A stretch of 64,000 nt of DNA from Truepera sp. (GCA_965218435.1 CBDCKW010000009.1:512001-576000); one strand, 5' to 3'. Shown: positions 9,756-20,567, counted from the stretch's first letter. Made by a program: numbers and translations. Notes: generated by a model not told the origin, from the letters alone.

Positions 9756-10190
9756 TTAAATAGCTAGGCGCTCTGCTAAAAACCGAATCGCTGCGCCGTA
9801 GCCGTAAAACCCGAGCCCGGTAATGGTGCCGATACAAACGGCAGACAGATACGAGTGATGCCGAAACGTTTCCCTAGCGTACACATTTGAGATATGCACT
9901 TCAACAGCGGGGAGGGCGACACCTGAAACCGCGTCGCGGAGGGCGACTGAAGTGTGCGTCAGTGCGCCGAGGTTTAAGACGAGTCCGGTCACGCCCTCGG
10001 CGGCGGCCCCGTGAAGCCACTCGAGCAAGACGCCCTCATGGTTACTCTGGCGGCAGACAACGTTTGTGCCAACTGCTTCGCCCCAGCGTTCACATTGAGC
10101 CTCGAGGTCAGCGAGCGTCGCGTGACCGTAAACTTCGGGTTCGCGTTGTCCGAGCAAATTCAGATTGGGGCCGTTCAAAACCAAAATCAT
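9756..10190 (-). CDS. aroQ: Type II 3-dehydroquinate dehydratase
   Basis: LNGPNLNLLGQREPEVYG, QSNHEG, EVHISN. Confidence 0.96.
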   Translation of the reverse strand: MILVLNGPNLNLLGQREPEVYGHATLADLEAQCERWGEAVGTNVVCRQSNHEGVLLEWLHGAAAEGVTGLVLNLGALTHTSVALRDAVSGVALPAVEVHISNVYARETFRHHSYLSAVCIGTITGLGFYGYGAAIRFLAERLAI

Positions 10191-10203
10191 ACAGGTTTTT
10201 TAA

Positions 10204-11271
10204 TCATACAGGTTCCTTGACGGCTTTTTGCAGATAAACCCAAGCAGCTTGTAGTTCGCTCTCTTGTACGTCGTCGGCTAAAAAAGGTTGACCGATGCGT
10301 TTTAAGAGTACCCACCGCTGTTTGCTCAGGTGTTTTTTGTCTCTGGCGATAAAGGGGAGAAGTGGGTCTAAAGGAATATCCGGCAGCGGAGTGGGATTGA
10401 CCCAACGTACAAACGCCCGCACGCGCCCGGTTTCGTCGGCGTAGCCTCTAGCAGCTGCGAGTTTGGTAGCAAAAAGCAGGCCGTAGGTTACCGCGTCGCC
10501 GTGTGACAGGGCGTGGTCGGTGTAAGCCTCGAGCGCGTGCGCTAACGTATGCCCTAAGTTGAGATAGGCCCGCCGTCCGCCTTCGCGTTCGTCCTCGGCT
10601 ACGATGTCGGCTTTGACTTTGACGGAACGGGCGATGGCAGCCTCTAAAAAGTCCGCAGGTCCATCACGGTGAAAGCGAGCATCTACAACGTCGTCTAACA
10701 GCTTCGGGTCAGCCAGCAGCCCGTGCTTAAACAGCTCGACTGCGCCCCCGCGAAACTCACGTTCGGGCAGCGTTGCTAGAGTTGAGACGTCCATCAGCAC
10801 GGCTTTGGGTTGCCAGAATGCGCCGACCAGGTTTTTACCTTCGGGTAGATTGACGCCGGTTTTGCCGCCGACCGACGCGTCAACCATGCCCAAAAGCGTG
10901 GTAGACAACGTATAAAAATCCAGCCCACGCATATAAGACGCAGCGACAAACCCGGCTAAATCGCTGACGACCCCGCCGCCTAAAGCGACGACTGCACTTT
11001 GCCGATTAAACCCGTCCTGGGCAAGCCGACTCAAAAGCGTCTCTAACGTGCCCAATGATTTGCTGTCTTCACTTGCCCGAACGGTGTAAAGAAATACTTG
11101 GCTATTGGCAGCCTCGAGACTCTTTTGCACTGTGTCTGCGTAAAGCGGCGCGACCTTCTCGTCACTGATGAGCGCCAGTCTAGGGGCAAGTATATAGTCG
11201 CCCGCGCGGGCCAGCACGCCAGCCTCGACCACCACGTCATACGGTGGCGTGAGCGCGACGGTCAGCTTCAC
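10204..11271 (-). CDS. aroB: 3-dehydroquinate synthase
   Basis: GGGVVSDLAGF, DASVGGKTG, LNLGHTLAHALE. Confidence 0.96.
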   Translation of the reverse strand: MKLTVALTPPYDVVVEAGVLARAGDYILAPRLALISDEKVAPLYADTVQKSLEAANSQVFLYTVRASEDSKSLGTLETLLSRLAQDGFNRQSAVVALGGGVVSDLAGFVAASYMRGLDFYTLSTTLLGMVDASVGGKTGVNLPEGKNLVGAFWQPKAVLMDVSTLATLPEREFRGGAVELFKHGLLADPKLLDDVVDARFHRDGPADFLEAAIARSVKVKADIVAEDEREGGRRAYLNLGHTLAHALEAYTDHALSHGDAVTYGLLFATKLAAARGYADETGRVRAFVRWVNPTPLPDIPLDPLLPFIARDKKHLSKQRWVLLKRIGQPFLADDVQESELQAAWVYLQKAVKEPV

Positions 11272-11834
11272 GCCCGCACCTCCTCAGCGGCTTCGCGCCA
11301 CGCCCAGAGCCTTTCGACGATCTCTTCTACGACGTCGGCAGATTGCCGCCCGTCGGTCGAGACTTTGAGGCTCGCCGCCGCGTCGTAGGCTGCGGCGCGG
11401 GCGTCAGTGAGTTCGCGGATACGTTCGACCGGGTTACCGATCTCTAAGAGCGGCCGTTTGTGCCGCCGCGTGCGTTTGTAGATGGTTTCAGGGCTCGCGC
11501 CGAGCACAATCACCGGCCCCCGGCTGAGGAGCATCTCGCGGTTCTCAGAGCGCATCACGGTGCCGCCGCCGGTGGAAATCACGACATCCTCGAGCCTCAG
11601 CGACCGCCTCACCACTTCGCTCTCGTACTCCCGGAAGACGGCCTCACCGTAGAGCTCAAAGAGGTCGGGAATCCGCAAACACGACACACGTTCGATCACC
11701 CGGTCGGTGTCAATAAAGTTGAGCCCGAGCCGCCGCGAGAGTTCCCACCCGATCCGGCTTTTACCGGTACCCATAAACCCGGCCAGCGCGACCCAGGTGA
11801 CGGGGCGCTCGAGCCGGTGGCGTCTGCCGTTCAC
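11268..11834 (-). CDS. aroK: Shikimate kinase
   Basis: GFMGTGKS, DTD, GEAVFREYE, STGGG, RPLL. Confidence 0.95.
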   Translation of the reverse strand: MNGRRHRLERPVTWVALAGFMGTGKSRIGWELSRRLGLNFIDTDRVIERVSCLRIPDLFELYGEAVFREYESEVVRRSLRLEDVVISTGGGTVMRSENREMLLSRGPVIVLGASPETIYKRTRRHKRPLLEIGNPVERIRELTDARAAAYDAAASLKVSTDGRQSADVVEEIVERLWAWREAAEEVRA

Positions 11835-11845
11835 GCGCTACGTCC

Positions 11846-13000
11846 CTAAAAAGCAGCGGCGTGGCGGCGGTGCGCCTCGGCGCGTTCTTTAATCTCACGT
11901 ACCGTGTCGGCCCCGAACTTTTCCATCACCGCGTCGGCCAGCACAAGGGCGCTCATCGCCAAGACAACGATTGAGGCGGCGGGCACGGCAGTCGTATCGC
12001 TCCGTTCACGGGCGGCGGCGGCGGCTTCGTGGGTGGTGACGTCAACGGTCGGGAGTGGCGTCATCAGCGTGGCAATGGGTTTCATCGCGGCCCGCACCAC
12101 GAGGTCTTCACCGGTAGTCATCCCGGCCTCGAGCCCCCCGGCTCGGTTCGTCTCACGGTAGTAGCCGCTCTCGCCGTGATAGATCGCGTCGTGAACCTGA
12201 CTGCCGGGGCTCATCGCAGCACTCCAACCGTCGCCGATTTCAACGCCTTTGATCGCCTGAATGCTCATCGCAGCCTGCGCCAAACGCCCGTCGAGTTTGC
12301 GGTCCCACTGCGTGTGGCTACCCAGACCCATCGGTAAGCCCCGAAACCGCGCTTCGACCACGCCGCCGAGGGTGTCGCCGTCTCGTTTAGCCTCATCAAT
12401 CCGGGTGATGATGCGAGCTTCAGCGTCTTTGTCAAAGGTGCGCAGCGGACTTTCGTCAAGCACCGCCAGATTATTCCAGTCGAGGTCACCATCGCACGGA
12501 ATGCCGCCCAGTGAGACCATCCGGGCACACGCTCTGACGCCGATGGTGTCTAAAATCTGCAGCGCCACTGCGCCCGCAGCGACGCGGCTAGCGGTTTCTC
12601 TAGCGGAGGCCCGCTCTAAAACGTCTCGCAAATCTTTGTGGTCGTATTTAACGCCGCCGGTCAGGTCGGCGTGACCGGGGCGGGCGGCGGTCAGCGCCTT
12701 TTTACGGGGTTCACCCCCCGGCAGAGGCGACATGATCTCAGTCCAGTTGCGCCAATCGCGGTTTTCAATCTGAAGGCTTAAGGGTGCGCCGGTCGTGCGT
12801 CCGGCTCGGACGCCGGAGAGGATGGCAGCACTGTCAGTTTCGATCACCATGCGGCGGCCGCGCCCGTAGCCCCCTTGACGGCGGCGAAGCCAGGGGTCAA
12901 TGTGGTCGCTGGCGACAAGCGGCAACCCCGCCGGAACACCGTCCAGCATGACGGTCAGAGCGGGGCCGTGGGACTCACCGGCGGAGAGAAATCTAAGCAT
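11846..13000 (-). CDS. aroC: Chorismate synthase
   Basis: GESHGPAL, RPGHAD, ERASARET, MKPIATL. Confidence 0.97.
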   Translation of the reverse strand: MLRFLSAGESHGPALTVMLDGVPAGLPLVASDHIDPWLRRRQGGYGRGRRMVIETDSAAILSGVRAGRTTGAPLSLQIENRDWRNWTEIMSPLPGGEPRKKALTAARPGHADLTGGVKYDHKDLRDVLERASARETASRVAAGAVALQILDTIGVRACARMVSLGGIPCDGDLDWNNLAVLDESPLRTFDKDAEARIITRIDEAKRDGDTLGGVVEARFRGLPMGLGSHTQWDRKLDGRLAQAAMSIQAIKGVEIGDGWSAAMSPGSQVHDAIYHGESGYYRETNRAGGLEAGMTTGEDLVVRAAMKPIATLMTPLPTVDVTTHEAAAAARERSDTTAVPAASIVVLAMSALVLADAVMEKFGADTVREIKERAEAHRRHAAAF

Positions 13001-13043
13001 AGTACGAGCTTAGCACGCCCCTTCCGGCGGGGATTTTTGGGGG

Positions 13044-14755
13044 TTACTCGAGCACGTTCGCGGTGACGATGACCAAAAGTTCGGTGCCGGTTTCGGAGTT
13101 GTTATTAGTTGAGAAAAGATTGCCAACAATAGGTACATCGCCGAGCACTGGAACTTTGCGTGTTGTATCGTTTACCTGGTTTTGTATCAGGCCGCCGAGC
13201 ACCACGGTTTGATTCGGGGCAAGTGTGACTCGCGAGGTTAGGTTACGAGTCTGAACATTGAGCAGCGCCGGATCAGTAATGTCGCCAAGTGGAGTGTCTA
13301 CTCGACCATTAATGTCTAGGATGACCTCGCCGTCGTTCGCAATCTGCGGGACGACGTTGACTTGTACACCGTACTCGATGGTGCGTTCGATGTTTTGAAG
13401 CGAACCGTTACCGGCAATGCTGATAAATAACGTACCACCCGATTGAATTTGAGCTTCACCGTTGTTGAGCACCGTTAAGTTACTATCATCAACTCTGCGG
13501 GCTAGGTTTTGGTTTTCATAAGCGTCAAGTACCGCACCCAGATTAAACCCACTTATCGCATTTTGAGCGTCAAAGACAAAGTTAAGTCCGTTGGTGCTGT
13601 CTCCACCGAAAAGGGTAGTGGTGAAGTTGCCAACCGCCGAGGTGAGGTCAATGCCTAAGCGTTTGGTTACGTCCGAGCTGACCTCTTGTATCCGTACCTG
13701 TACATTGACCTGCTTTTCAGGCTGGTCAAGCTCCCTAATAAGCCTTGCAATTTCTGTTTGAACTTTTTCGGAACCAAAAACAAGGATACGGTTCGTTCGA
13801 GGGTCTGGTGTTACTACCAGCTCACCTTCCGCAAAGCTTGCAGCTACTGCAGCCCGTCCAGATGTGCTAGGTGTAGAAACGCTAGCTGATGTATCACGAT
13901 TTGTTGTTGTCGCGGCACTGTCCCCCGAATTAGTTGCTGTGTTGCCTCCTGAAATAGTTGTTGTTGTAGCTGGTGTTCCAGGCAAGGCGGGTTGAGATGC
14001 TTGAAAGATAGTTGCTATATCTTCAGCCTTGGCATAAGAAAGTGCATAGACACGACGCACTTTTGTCTCGTTTACGGCATTGAAAGGTTTGAGTAACTTC
14101 GCTATGCGAGCTTGTTGGCTGACTGTGGCGCGGACTGACAGCGCACCCAGCTGACCAAAAGGAATTACAGTTATGTTGCTACCCCTTGGAAATTGACTGG
14201 TCAAGTAGGATGCTAGCTGACCAAGGGTACTATTGTTTCCAGACGCATTAGCATCGCTACTTGCATTAGGAATTCTATAGGTTCTCAAAACTGTTGGTTG
14301 CTTTGTGTCGTTCCGTTGCGGTTGTAACCCGGCGAGTGTTTCAGGCGGTCCGACCACGACGATATTGTCGCTGCGTAACACGTACTCGAGCCCGTTCAGC
14401 GTCAGCACAATATCCCACACCTCACGAAACGGTTTGGGCGCACCTAAGTTGTAGCGGCCCATCGTCTCGGGGGGATGCCCTGCGTAATCGCGCTCAGGCC
14501 CACCGAGCGGGCGAGCGCCTGAATCAGGGCGTCTAACGACTCTCCAGCGGGGCGGGTACTTAAGTCAACTTTTTGACTGAACTGCGGCGTGTCGGGCAGC
14601 GGCGCGAGCTGAACTTGTGCGGGTGCTGAGCTGGGCGCTGTTGGGGTTGTAGTTGGGGCAGGCGGTGTGCTTTGTGCCAAGGCAAAAGCGCACGCCAGCA
14701 CCGACAGGGCGAGTAGAACAGGACGGGGGGCGGGGGGAGCTGAAGGTCTTCTCAT
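13044..14755 (-). pseudogene. pilQ: Type IV pilus/competence secretin PilQ, split by a 1-nt frameshift in a C6 tract (14469-14474)
   Basis: ORF 14444-14755 carries the signal peptide and N-terminus; ORF 13044-14462 carries N-domains and the secretin domain (QVNVQVRIQEV, KVPVLGDVPIVGNLF); one extra C joins them (GIPPETMGRYNL). A sequencing error cannot be excluded. Confidence 0.8.
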
Positions 14756-14771
14756 CGCCCCCTAAGGGTAA

Positions 14772-15914
14772 TCAGGGGGTCATCAAGAGCGTGTGACGAA
14801 CGTCGTCCTCAGTAAACTGTGCGCCTCGGTTCGTGAGATTGGTGAGCGTGAGCTTGGTTCCCGGCAGCGCCTCGCCGAGCGCCAGCAACACGGGCGTCGT
14901 ACTGTCTCCTACGCGGAAAATCGCGGTACCGGTGGCCATCGCCGTAAAGTGAACTTGGAGCGAACTGAGGGCGCGGCTGACCCGGTTGCCGCCCAAAGAT
15001 GTGAAATTTCCGTCACTTGGCCCATTACCTGTACCAAGCCCCAACGCGGTGAGCCCGGAGCCGAGGGCGACTTGTTGGGCGCTGCTGGGGACAGGGGACG
15101 CCGCCGCTATGGGCGCGGTGCCTAAGGGGGTCAGGCTCGAGGGCGCACGAATCGCAGCGAGGGTGTTGGGAGAGGCCAAGTCACCGGGTTGGGTACTCTG
15201 CACGCCTATCGCGCGGCCTAAAGGATCAGTTTTCAGGTTACCGGTAGCGGTGGCAGGGATACGCAAGCTGGCTCCGAGGCTTTTCGGCAGGGTCGGGCGG
15301 GCTGCTCGAGCCGGAGGAACCGGCGCGGTCGGGCGCGGCGCAGGTGTGGCGGCAGCTGGTGCCGAGGGTACCGGAGCTGTCAGGGAGGACGTTGGGGGCG
15401 CAGCAACCGGGGGTTGAGGCAGCGCAGGTGGCGCGGCGACAGGAGGGGCTGGTGGGGGCGCGGGTTCGGCGGCTGGCGGGAGTAGCAGCGGTGAAAAAGG
15501 GTTGAGGGTGCTGTCACCGCTCCCGGTCACGGGTGCCGGAACCTTGATCTTAGCCTGCTTTTTAGGCGGTTCGGTGACGAGTAAGGGCAGCTCTTCAACG
15601 CCGACGTCGCGGGCGACCGCCGGGGTTTCAGGGTCGGGTAGCAGGGGCAGTGCGCCGCTGCTTACGTCTGTAGGTTCTGCAGGTGTAGGCTGCTCGCTCC
15701 CGTTCGGTAACAGCGGGAGCGCACCGTCACTGGCGCTCGGCTCGGCTGGTGCTGGGTCGGTCGGCGCTGGGTTGACCGGCTCTTTTGCAGTGTCGGCGGG
15801 GATATCTTGAGCAGGCGGGTCATTAGGTGTGGCGGCGAAGGTGACGCCGCAAGGTAAGGTGCCCAGCGAGACTGCTAAAACCGCCAAGAGAACCGTGCGG
15901 GTGAGGCGCATCAC
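14772..15914 (-). CDS. Proline-rich pilus/competence protein, PilW-like
   Basis: Lies between pilO and pilQ, as Thermus pilW does; signal peptide; NPFSPL motif; Pro/Ala-rich; small C-terminal beta domain. Confidence 0.65.
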   Translation of the reverse strand: MMRLTRTVLLAVLAVSLGTLPCGVTFAATPNDPPAQDIPADTAKEPVNPAPTDPAPAEPSASDGALPLLPNGSEQPTPAEPTDVSSGALPLLPDPETPAVARDVGVEELPLLVTEPPKKQAKIKVPAPVTGSGDSTLNPFSPLLLPPAAEPAPPPAPPVAAPPALPQPPVAAPPTSSLTAPVPSAPAAATPAPRPTAPVPPARAARPTLPKSLGASLRIPATATGNLKTDPLGRAIGVQSTQPGDLASPNTLAAIRAPSSLTPLGTAPIAAASPVPSSAQQVALGSGLTALGLGTGNGPSDGNFTSLGGNRVSRALSSLQVHFTAMATGTAIFRVGDSTTPVLLALGEALPGTKLTLTNLTNRGAQFTEDDVRHTLLMTP

Positions 15915-16597
15915 TGTACCTCCGTGTCTGAGGCGGGCGTGTCTGAGGCAGGCGTTTCCGGGGTCAAGGTGCCCTCGGCAGGTAGGGCGTCTGTGCCCGC
16001 GCCGGTATAAACGTAGACCGTAAAATCGTAAGACGCACTTAAGCTCGGGTCCGCGCCCCCATCGGTGGCGGCGTTTAGGCCGACGCGCTGCACGCGGGTA
16101 AAGCGGGGGAGCGCCTCCAACGCGCGTAAAAACCCGATCGTACGGGCGTAGTTGCCTTCGGTGGCGAGCGTAAAATTGAGCAACCTGACACCGGGCACGA
16201 CCTCGCTACCGGGGCCGCCGTTTTGCAGGCCCGTAAAACTCACTTTGGCGTCGCGGGCGGCGCTGCGCAGCTGATCGAGCAGCTCGGCCACTTCGTTTTC
16301 TTCGGGCAGTTGGGCCAAGAACACGTCACGCTCTTCTTTAAGCCGCGCGACCTCGGCGCGGAGTTCGGGCAGATTGGCTCTGGCGGAGCGGCCCAGCGCA
16401 ATGTCGGCCTCCAACGCCCCATTTTCGCTCCTCAACACCTCGAGTTGACCTTTGGTTGGTGTGTACAGATAAAAGTACCAGAGCATTCCGAGCAGTACCG
16501 ACACGCTGATGGCGACGAGCGCCAACTCGCGCCCGCGCAGCTTGAACCCGCCTGCACCGCTCGCACTCCCGGAGCCGAGTTTGGGTCCTGCCAGCAT
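15911..16597 (-). CDS. pilO: Type IVa pilus protein PilO
   Basis: N-terminal TM segment, coiled coil, LPEENEVAELL, GNYARTIGFLRALEALPRF. Confidence 0.9.
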   Translation of the reverse strand: MLAGPKLGSGSASGAGGFKLRGRELALVAISVSVLLGMLWYFYLYTPTKGQLEVLRSENGALEADIALGRSARANLPELRAEVARLKEERDVFLAQLPEENEVAELLDQLRSAARDAKVSFTGLQNGGPGSEVVPGVRLLNFTLATEGNYARTIGFLRALEALPRFTRVQRVGLNAATDGGADPSLSASYDFTVYVYTGAGTDALPAEGTLTPETPASDTPASDTEVQ

Positions 16598-17289
16598 TAT
16601 TCTCTCCCCCCGTTAGCGGCAGTCTGAGTTTCCGAGGGTGTACCGACCTGCGCAGCTTGTTCAGGTTTGGTGCCCTCTAACGGGGCTGCCCCAATCGTCA
16701 GGTTAAAATTGTAAAATTTCGTTTCCGGGTCTTGTGACAGGTCGCTAAACGACACGGCGAAATTGGGCGCGGCTTGCAGCTTGCGGAGGTAGTTGGCGAC
16801 GACCTCGGTGCTACCGGCAATCCCGGAAACGCTCATTTCAGCGACCGCTTGGAGCCCTTCGTACATCTCTGCGCCGACGGGTTGGGCACTCGCCGAGGGG
16901 TCGAGGGTGCGCATCTCGAGCGCGGTAAAGGCCATCCGCGAGGCGAGCTTGGGACCGGGCGCAGGGCGCGTTTCGAGCATGGCGTAAAGCTGCCGTGACC
17001 AGAAGATACGGCCCGTCCGCACGGTCTGCGCGACGGTTGAGATACCAGCGAGTTCGCCGCGTTCGGCCCCCAGCGCCGCCTGTTCGTCGACAAAAGGTTG
17101 CAGCACGGCCTTTTCATTACGCAGTTCGGCCCCTTGCTCGGTCAAGCGGCCCTTTTCGCTGGAGACCTGCATCTGTAAAAACCCGCAGGTCAGTAAGGTC
17201 ACAAGTGGCACCGCCACCGCGACCCCTTGCCACGGGTCGAAACTCCGGCCGCGGCGCAGCGTTTTAGGGAGGAGGTTGACGTTAATCAA
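16597..17289 (-). CDS. pilN: Type IVa pilus protein PilN
   Basis: INVNLLP N-terminal motif, TM segment, coiled coil. Confidence 0.9.
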   Translation of the reverse strand: MINVNLLPKTLRRGRSFDPWQGVAVAVPLVTLLTCGFLQMQVSSEKGRLTEQGAELRNEKAVLQPFVDEQAALGAERGELAGISTVAQTVRTGRIFWSRQLYAMLETRPAPGPKLASRMAFTALEMRTLDPSASAQPVGAEMYEGLQAVAEMSVSGIAGSTEVVANYLRKLQAAPNFAVSFSDLSQDPETKFYNFNLTIGAAPLEGTKPEQAAQVGTPSETQTAANGGRE

Positions 17290-18454
17290 GGCCGAGGGCT
17301 CCCCTTAAGGCGAGACCGAGCGGGACGCCGAACTCCGGCGCAATACTTTCTAAGTACGCCGCTTCGTACCGCTCCCCCTGAATAACGCTCAGCCAGGGAT
17401 TGCCGAACTCGACTTTGAAGCCGAGCGCACGGCCTATCGCCTGATCTAAACCGCGCAGTTTCGAGCCGCCGCCGGAAAGGTACATCTGGTTGATACTCGC
17501 GTCCCCCGACTGCACGCGAAAAAACTCCAAGCTGCGGCGAATCTCGGTGGTGAGGTCGTTTAAGGTTGGGCGCAGCGCCTCGTGCACCCGCACCGGCGAA
17601 AAGCGTTCGTTCTGGGTGTTGGTTGACAGTGACGCTTCAGTTTCACTCGGCATAATGGCGCTGCTGTGACCGATTTTGACCTCTTCGGCGGTGTCAAAAT
17701 CTAAACCGAACGCGCGTTGTAAGGCGCTGGTAAAGTCGTCGCCGGCGACGCCTAAGTTGCGGTTCATGACCACGCGTTCACCGCGTACCAGCGTGACGGT
17801 GCTTGACGACGCCCCGACCTCTAAAATCGCGCCGATCTCGCCCTCTTCGGTGTATTTTTCGTCAAAGATGGTCGTGCGGTTAAACTTTTCGCCTTGCAGG
17901 GACGCTTTGAGCGAGCGCAGCAGGGCAAATGGTTTGATGTCGATAACGGTGGGCTCGAGCCCCGCTTTTTTCAGCCCTTCAGTGAGCTGCGTCACTATAT
18001 CGAGGCGGGCGGCGGCGATGACGACTTCAACATCGCTGCCGTCGGCCACGTCGCCGGGGTTGTCTAAAATATAGTGATCCATCGCTACTTCGTCGAGTGG
18101 AAAAGGAATATACCGCTCCGCCTCCCAGGGAACAGCCTTCTCGAGCTCTTTTAAGGGCATTTTGGGAATGTGGATGTTGCGGGTGATCGCCAGGCGGTTA
18201 CTGACCGCGGTCACGACAAAGCGGCGGCTGATTCCAGCGTCCTTAAAGAGCGCGTCGAGTTCTTTGGCGAGCCCTTCAGGGTCAACGATCTGGTCGTCTT
18301 GTACCAAACCGGGGGGCAGGGGGCGCAGCGCGAGTGCCTCGAGCTTCGGCGGGGTGCCCTGCAGCTCAACCACCTTGAGGCTACTCGTCCCGATCTCGAG
18401 CCCGACCGCGACGGTTCGTGGATTAAAAAGACGTGTAAATGAAGACCAGTTCAT
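17282..18454 (-). CDS. pilM: Type IVa pilus protein PilM
   Basis: GLEIGTSSLKVVEL, EAERYIPF, EIRRSLEFF, LSGGGSKL, GLALRG. Confidence 0.95.
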   Translation of the reverse strand: MNWSSFTRLFNPRTVAVGLEIGTSSLKVVELQGTPPKLEALALRPLPPGLVQDDQIVDPEGLAKELDALFKDAGISRRFVVTAVSNRLAITRNIHIPKMPLKELEKAVPWEAERYIPFPLDEVAMDHYILDNPGDVADGSDVEVVIAAARLDIVTQLTEGLKKAGLEPTVIDIKPFALLRSLKASLQGEKFNRTTIFDEKYTEEGEIGAILEVGASSSTVTLVRGERVVMNRNLGVAGDDFTSALQRAFGLDFDTAEEVKIGHSSAIMPSETEASLSTNTQNERFSPVRVHEALRPTLNDLTTEIRRSLEFFRVQSGDASINQMYLSGGGSKLRGLDQAIGRALGFKVEFGNPWLSVIQGERYEAAYLESIAPEFGVPLGLALRGALGLD

Positions 18455-18831
18455 CGTGTTCCCTCCAGCACTACTGCTACGCTAACAGCTGCGCTCTGCC
18501 GGAGAGATAAAGATTTTCGCTTTTGGCTTTTGACGCCCACTGTAGCAGTCTTCACAAGTCAGGCCGGGTCACAGGGCACAAAAAAGCTGAAGTCAAGTCC
18601 TTCAGGGGGGCGCACGGTCTGAGCCGAACCGTTACCGCTACGCCGTAAAAGCGTTGAAGCACTACAAGCTTCACACTTTGGTCATAAAAACTGCGGTGGA
18701 GCCGACGAGCGAACTTTCTGCTTGCAAACCCTCTTTTTACGCGCCCCAGTTGCCACCGACACGTTCTATCCGTTTTATTAGAGCGTATAGTGACTATACC
18801 AACGCCCCCGGGCGTAGCTGCGGAGGTCGCA

Positions 18832-19767
18832 ATGCCAGAACAAATACCAGAGCAAACGATTGGAACACTGAGGGTTAAAACTGGGTTCGCCGAGATGTTT
18901 AAGGGCGGCGTCATTATGGACGTCGTAAACGCGGAACAGGCGCGGATTGCCGAAGACGCGGGCGCGACGGCGGTCATGGCCTTAGAGCGCGTTCCGGCAG
19001 ATATTCGCGCCCAAGGCGGCGTCGCCCGGATGTCCGACCCCGGCATGATCGAAGAGATTATCGGGACGGTGTCCATTCCGGTGATGGCGAAGGTGCGAAT
19101 CGGTCACTTTGTCGAAGCGCAAATCCTGCAGGCTCTGGGCGTTGACTTTATTGACGAATCTGAAGTCCTGACCCCCGCCGACGAAAACTTCCATGTGGAT
19201 AAGCACGCCTTTACCGTGCCGTTCGTCTGTGGTGCCAAAGATTTGGGCGAGGCGCTCCGGCGTATCGGCGAAGGTGCCACGATGATCCGCACCAAAGGTG
19301 AAGCCGGGACCGGCAACGTCGTCGAGGCGGTGCGGCACGCCCGCACGATTATGGGTGAAATCCGCCGGATTAAGTCCTTGCCCCGTGACGAGCTGATGAG
19401 CACTGCCAGGGACCTCCGCGCGCCTTACGAATTGGTCTTGTATATCCACGAACACGGCAAACTGCCGGTTGTCAACTTCGCAGCAGGCGGCGTCGCCACG
19501 CCCGCCGACGCCGCGCTGATGATGCAGCTCGGGATGGACGGCGTGTTCGTCGGCTCGGGTATCTTTAAGGCCGGGGCGACCCTGACGAGTGCTGAAGAGC
19601 GTAACCGCGCCCACGCGAGCCGCGCTAGAGCCATCGTCGAGGCGGTCACCCATTTCCAAGACCCTGACATCTTAGCCAAAGTGTCGCGTAACTTGGGTGA
19701 ACCGATGGTCGGCATCAACCTTGACACCTTAGCCGAGGGTGAGCTGATGGCGGCGCGGGGCTGGTAA
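18832..19767 (+). CDS. pdxS: Pyridoxal 5'-phosphate synthase lyase subunit
   Basis: [54 protein letters not shown] before ATG 18832. Confidence 0.97.
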   Translation: MPEQIPEQTIGTLRVKTGFAEMFKGGVIMDVVNAEQARIAEDAGATAVMALERVPADIRAQGGVARMSDPGMIEEIIGTVSIPVMAKVRIGHFVEAQILQALGVDFIDESEVLTPADENFHVDKHAFTVPFVCGAKDLGEALRRIGEGATMIRTKGEAGTGNVVEAVRHARTIMGEIRRIKSLPRDELMSTARDLRAPYELVLYIHEHGKLPVVNFAAGGVATPADAALMMQLGMDGVFVGSGIFKAGATLTSAEERNRAHASRARAIVEAVTHFQDPDILAKVSRNLGEPMVGINLDTLAEGELMAARGW

Positions 19768-19790
19768 TATACTGAAATTTGTTGAGCCAT

Positions 19791-19815
19791 AGGGCCGAGT
19801 TGCAACTCGGCCTTT
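19791..19815 (+). terminator. Intrinsic terminator after pdxS
   Basis: GGCCGAGT-tgca-ACTCGGCC followed by TTTGTT. Confidence 0.75.
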
Positions 19816-19994
19816 GTTGTACGGTTGTTGTACGACGACCCAAAATAGAGTTAAACGGCACACCCACGCAAACTGTGTGCAATTAGCAGGTACAAACGTC
19901 GTGGGCTGCCCCGCGCTGAACTGCTAAACTGATTTAACGGTCTACTCACGCTCTATAGCGGGATAGGTTTATAAAGTAGGTAGGGAGGCGTTCC

Positions 19995-20534
19995 ATGACG
20001 CGACGTTTGGCAAAACAGCCCATAAGAAAACAACCCTTAAAAAAACAGCTCCTAAGCAAACAACCTTTGAGAAAAGAACTAAGCTGGGTGCTACTTTGCA
20101 TCCTGTTAGGGTTTTGGAGCACCGGGTTTGCGCAAGACAATCCGGTTTCAGTACGGATCGAAGCGTATATCGTGTCGCAAGTAACCGCCGAAGACGGCAG
20201 CGTTACCGAACGTTTTAGCGAATCAACTACGGCGAGGCCGGGTCAAGTTGTCGAGTACCGAGTCTTTGCCACCAACAACGACGCGACGACCTTACCCGCA
20301 GAGTCGGTCAGTGTGCTTGGGCCGGTTCCGGACGGTTCAACCTACGTTGACGGTTCAGCAACGCCGACCTCGGAGCAGGTCCGCACCGAGTTTTCACTCG
20401 ACGGCAAAAATTTCAGCAAAACGCCTGAAACGACTGAAGGTGCGAGCGCCTACCGCGCGATTAAATGGACGCTGCTGGGGCAGCTCGAGCCCGGTCAAGA
20501 AGAGCGTTTTATCTACCGCGTAACCATCAACTAA
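19995..20534 (+). CDS. Secreted DUF11-like (Ig-fold) protein
   Basis: RBS GGGAGG; signal peptide (GFA-Q); ARPGQVVEYRV...GPVPDGSTYVDGSA...IKWTL...LEPGQ...YRVTIN. Confidence 0.75.
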   Translation: MTRRLAKQPIRKQPLKKQLLSKQPLRKELSWVLLCILLGFWSTGFAQDNPVSVRIEAYIVSQVTAEDGSVTERFSESTTARPGQVVEYRVFATNNDATTLPAESVSVLGPVPDGSTYVDGSATPTSEQVRTEFSLDGKNFSKTPETTEGASAYRAIKWTLLGQLEPGQEERFIYRVTIN

Positions 20535-20567
20535 ACCGTCAATGAAGCAGACGAACTTCGCAAACTG

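Noticed and set aside
18832..19767. pdxS without an adjacent pdxT
   Set aside because: pdxT may lie elsewhere in the genome; this cannot be judged from one window
18552..19805. Long antisense ORFs over pdxS, and similar ones over murE, bshA and the RND gene
   Set aside because: Shadow frames of GC-rich coding sequence with no motifs
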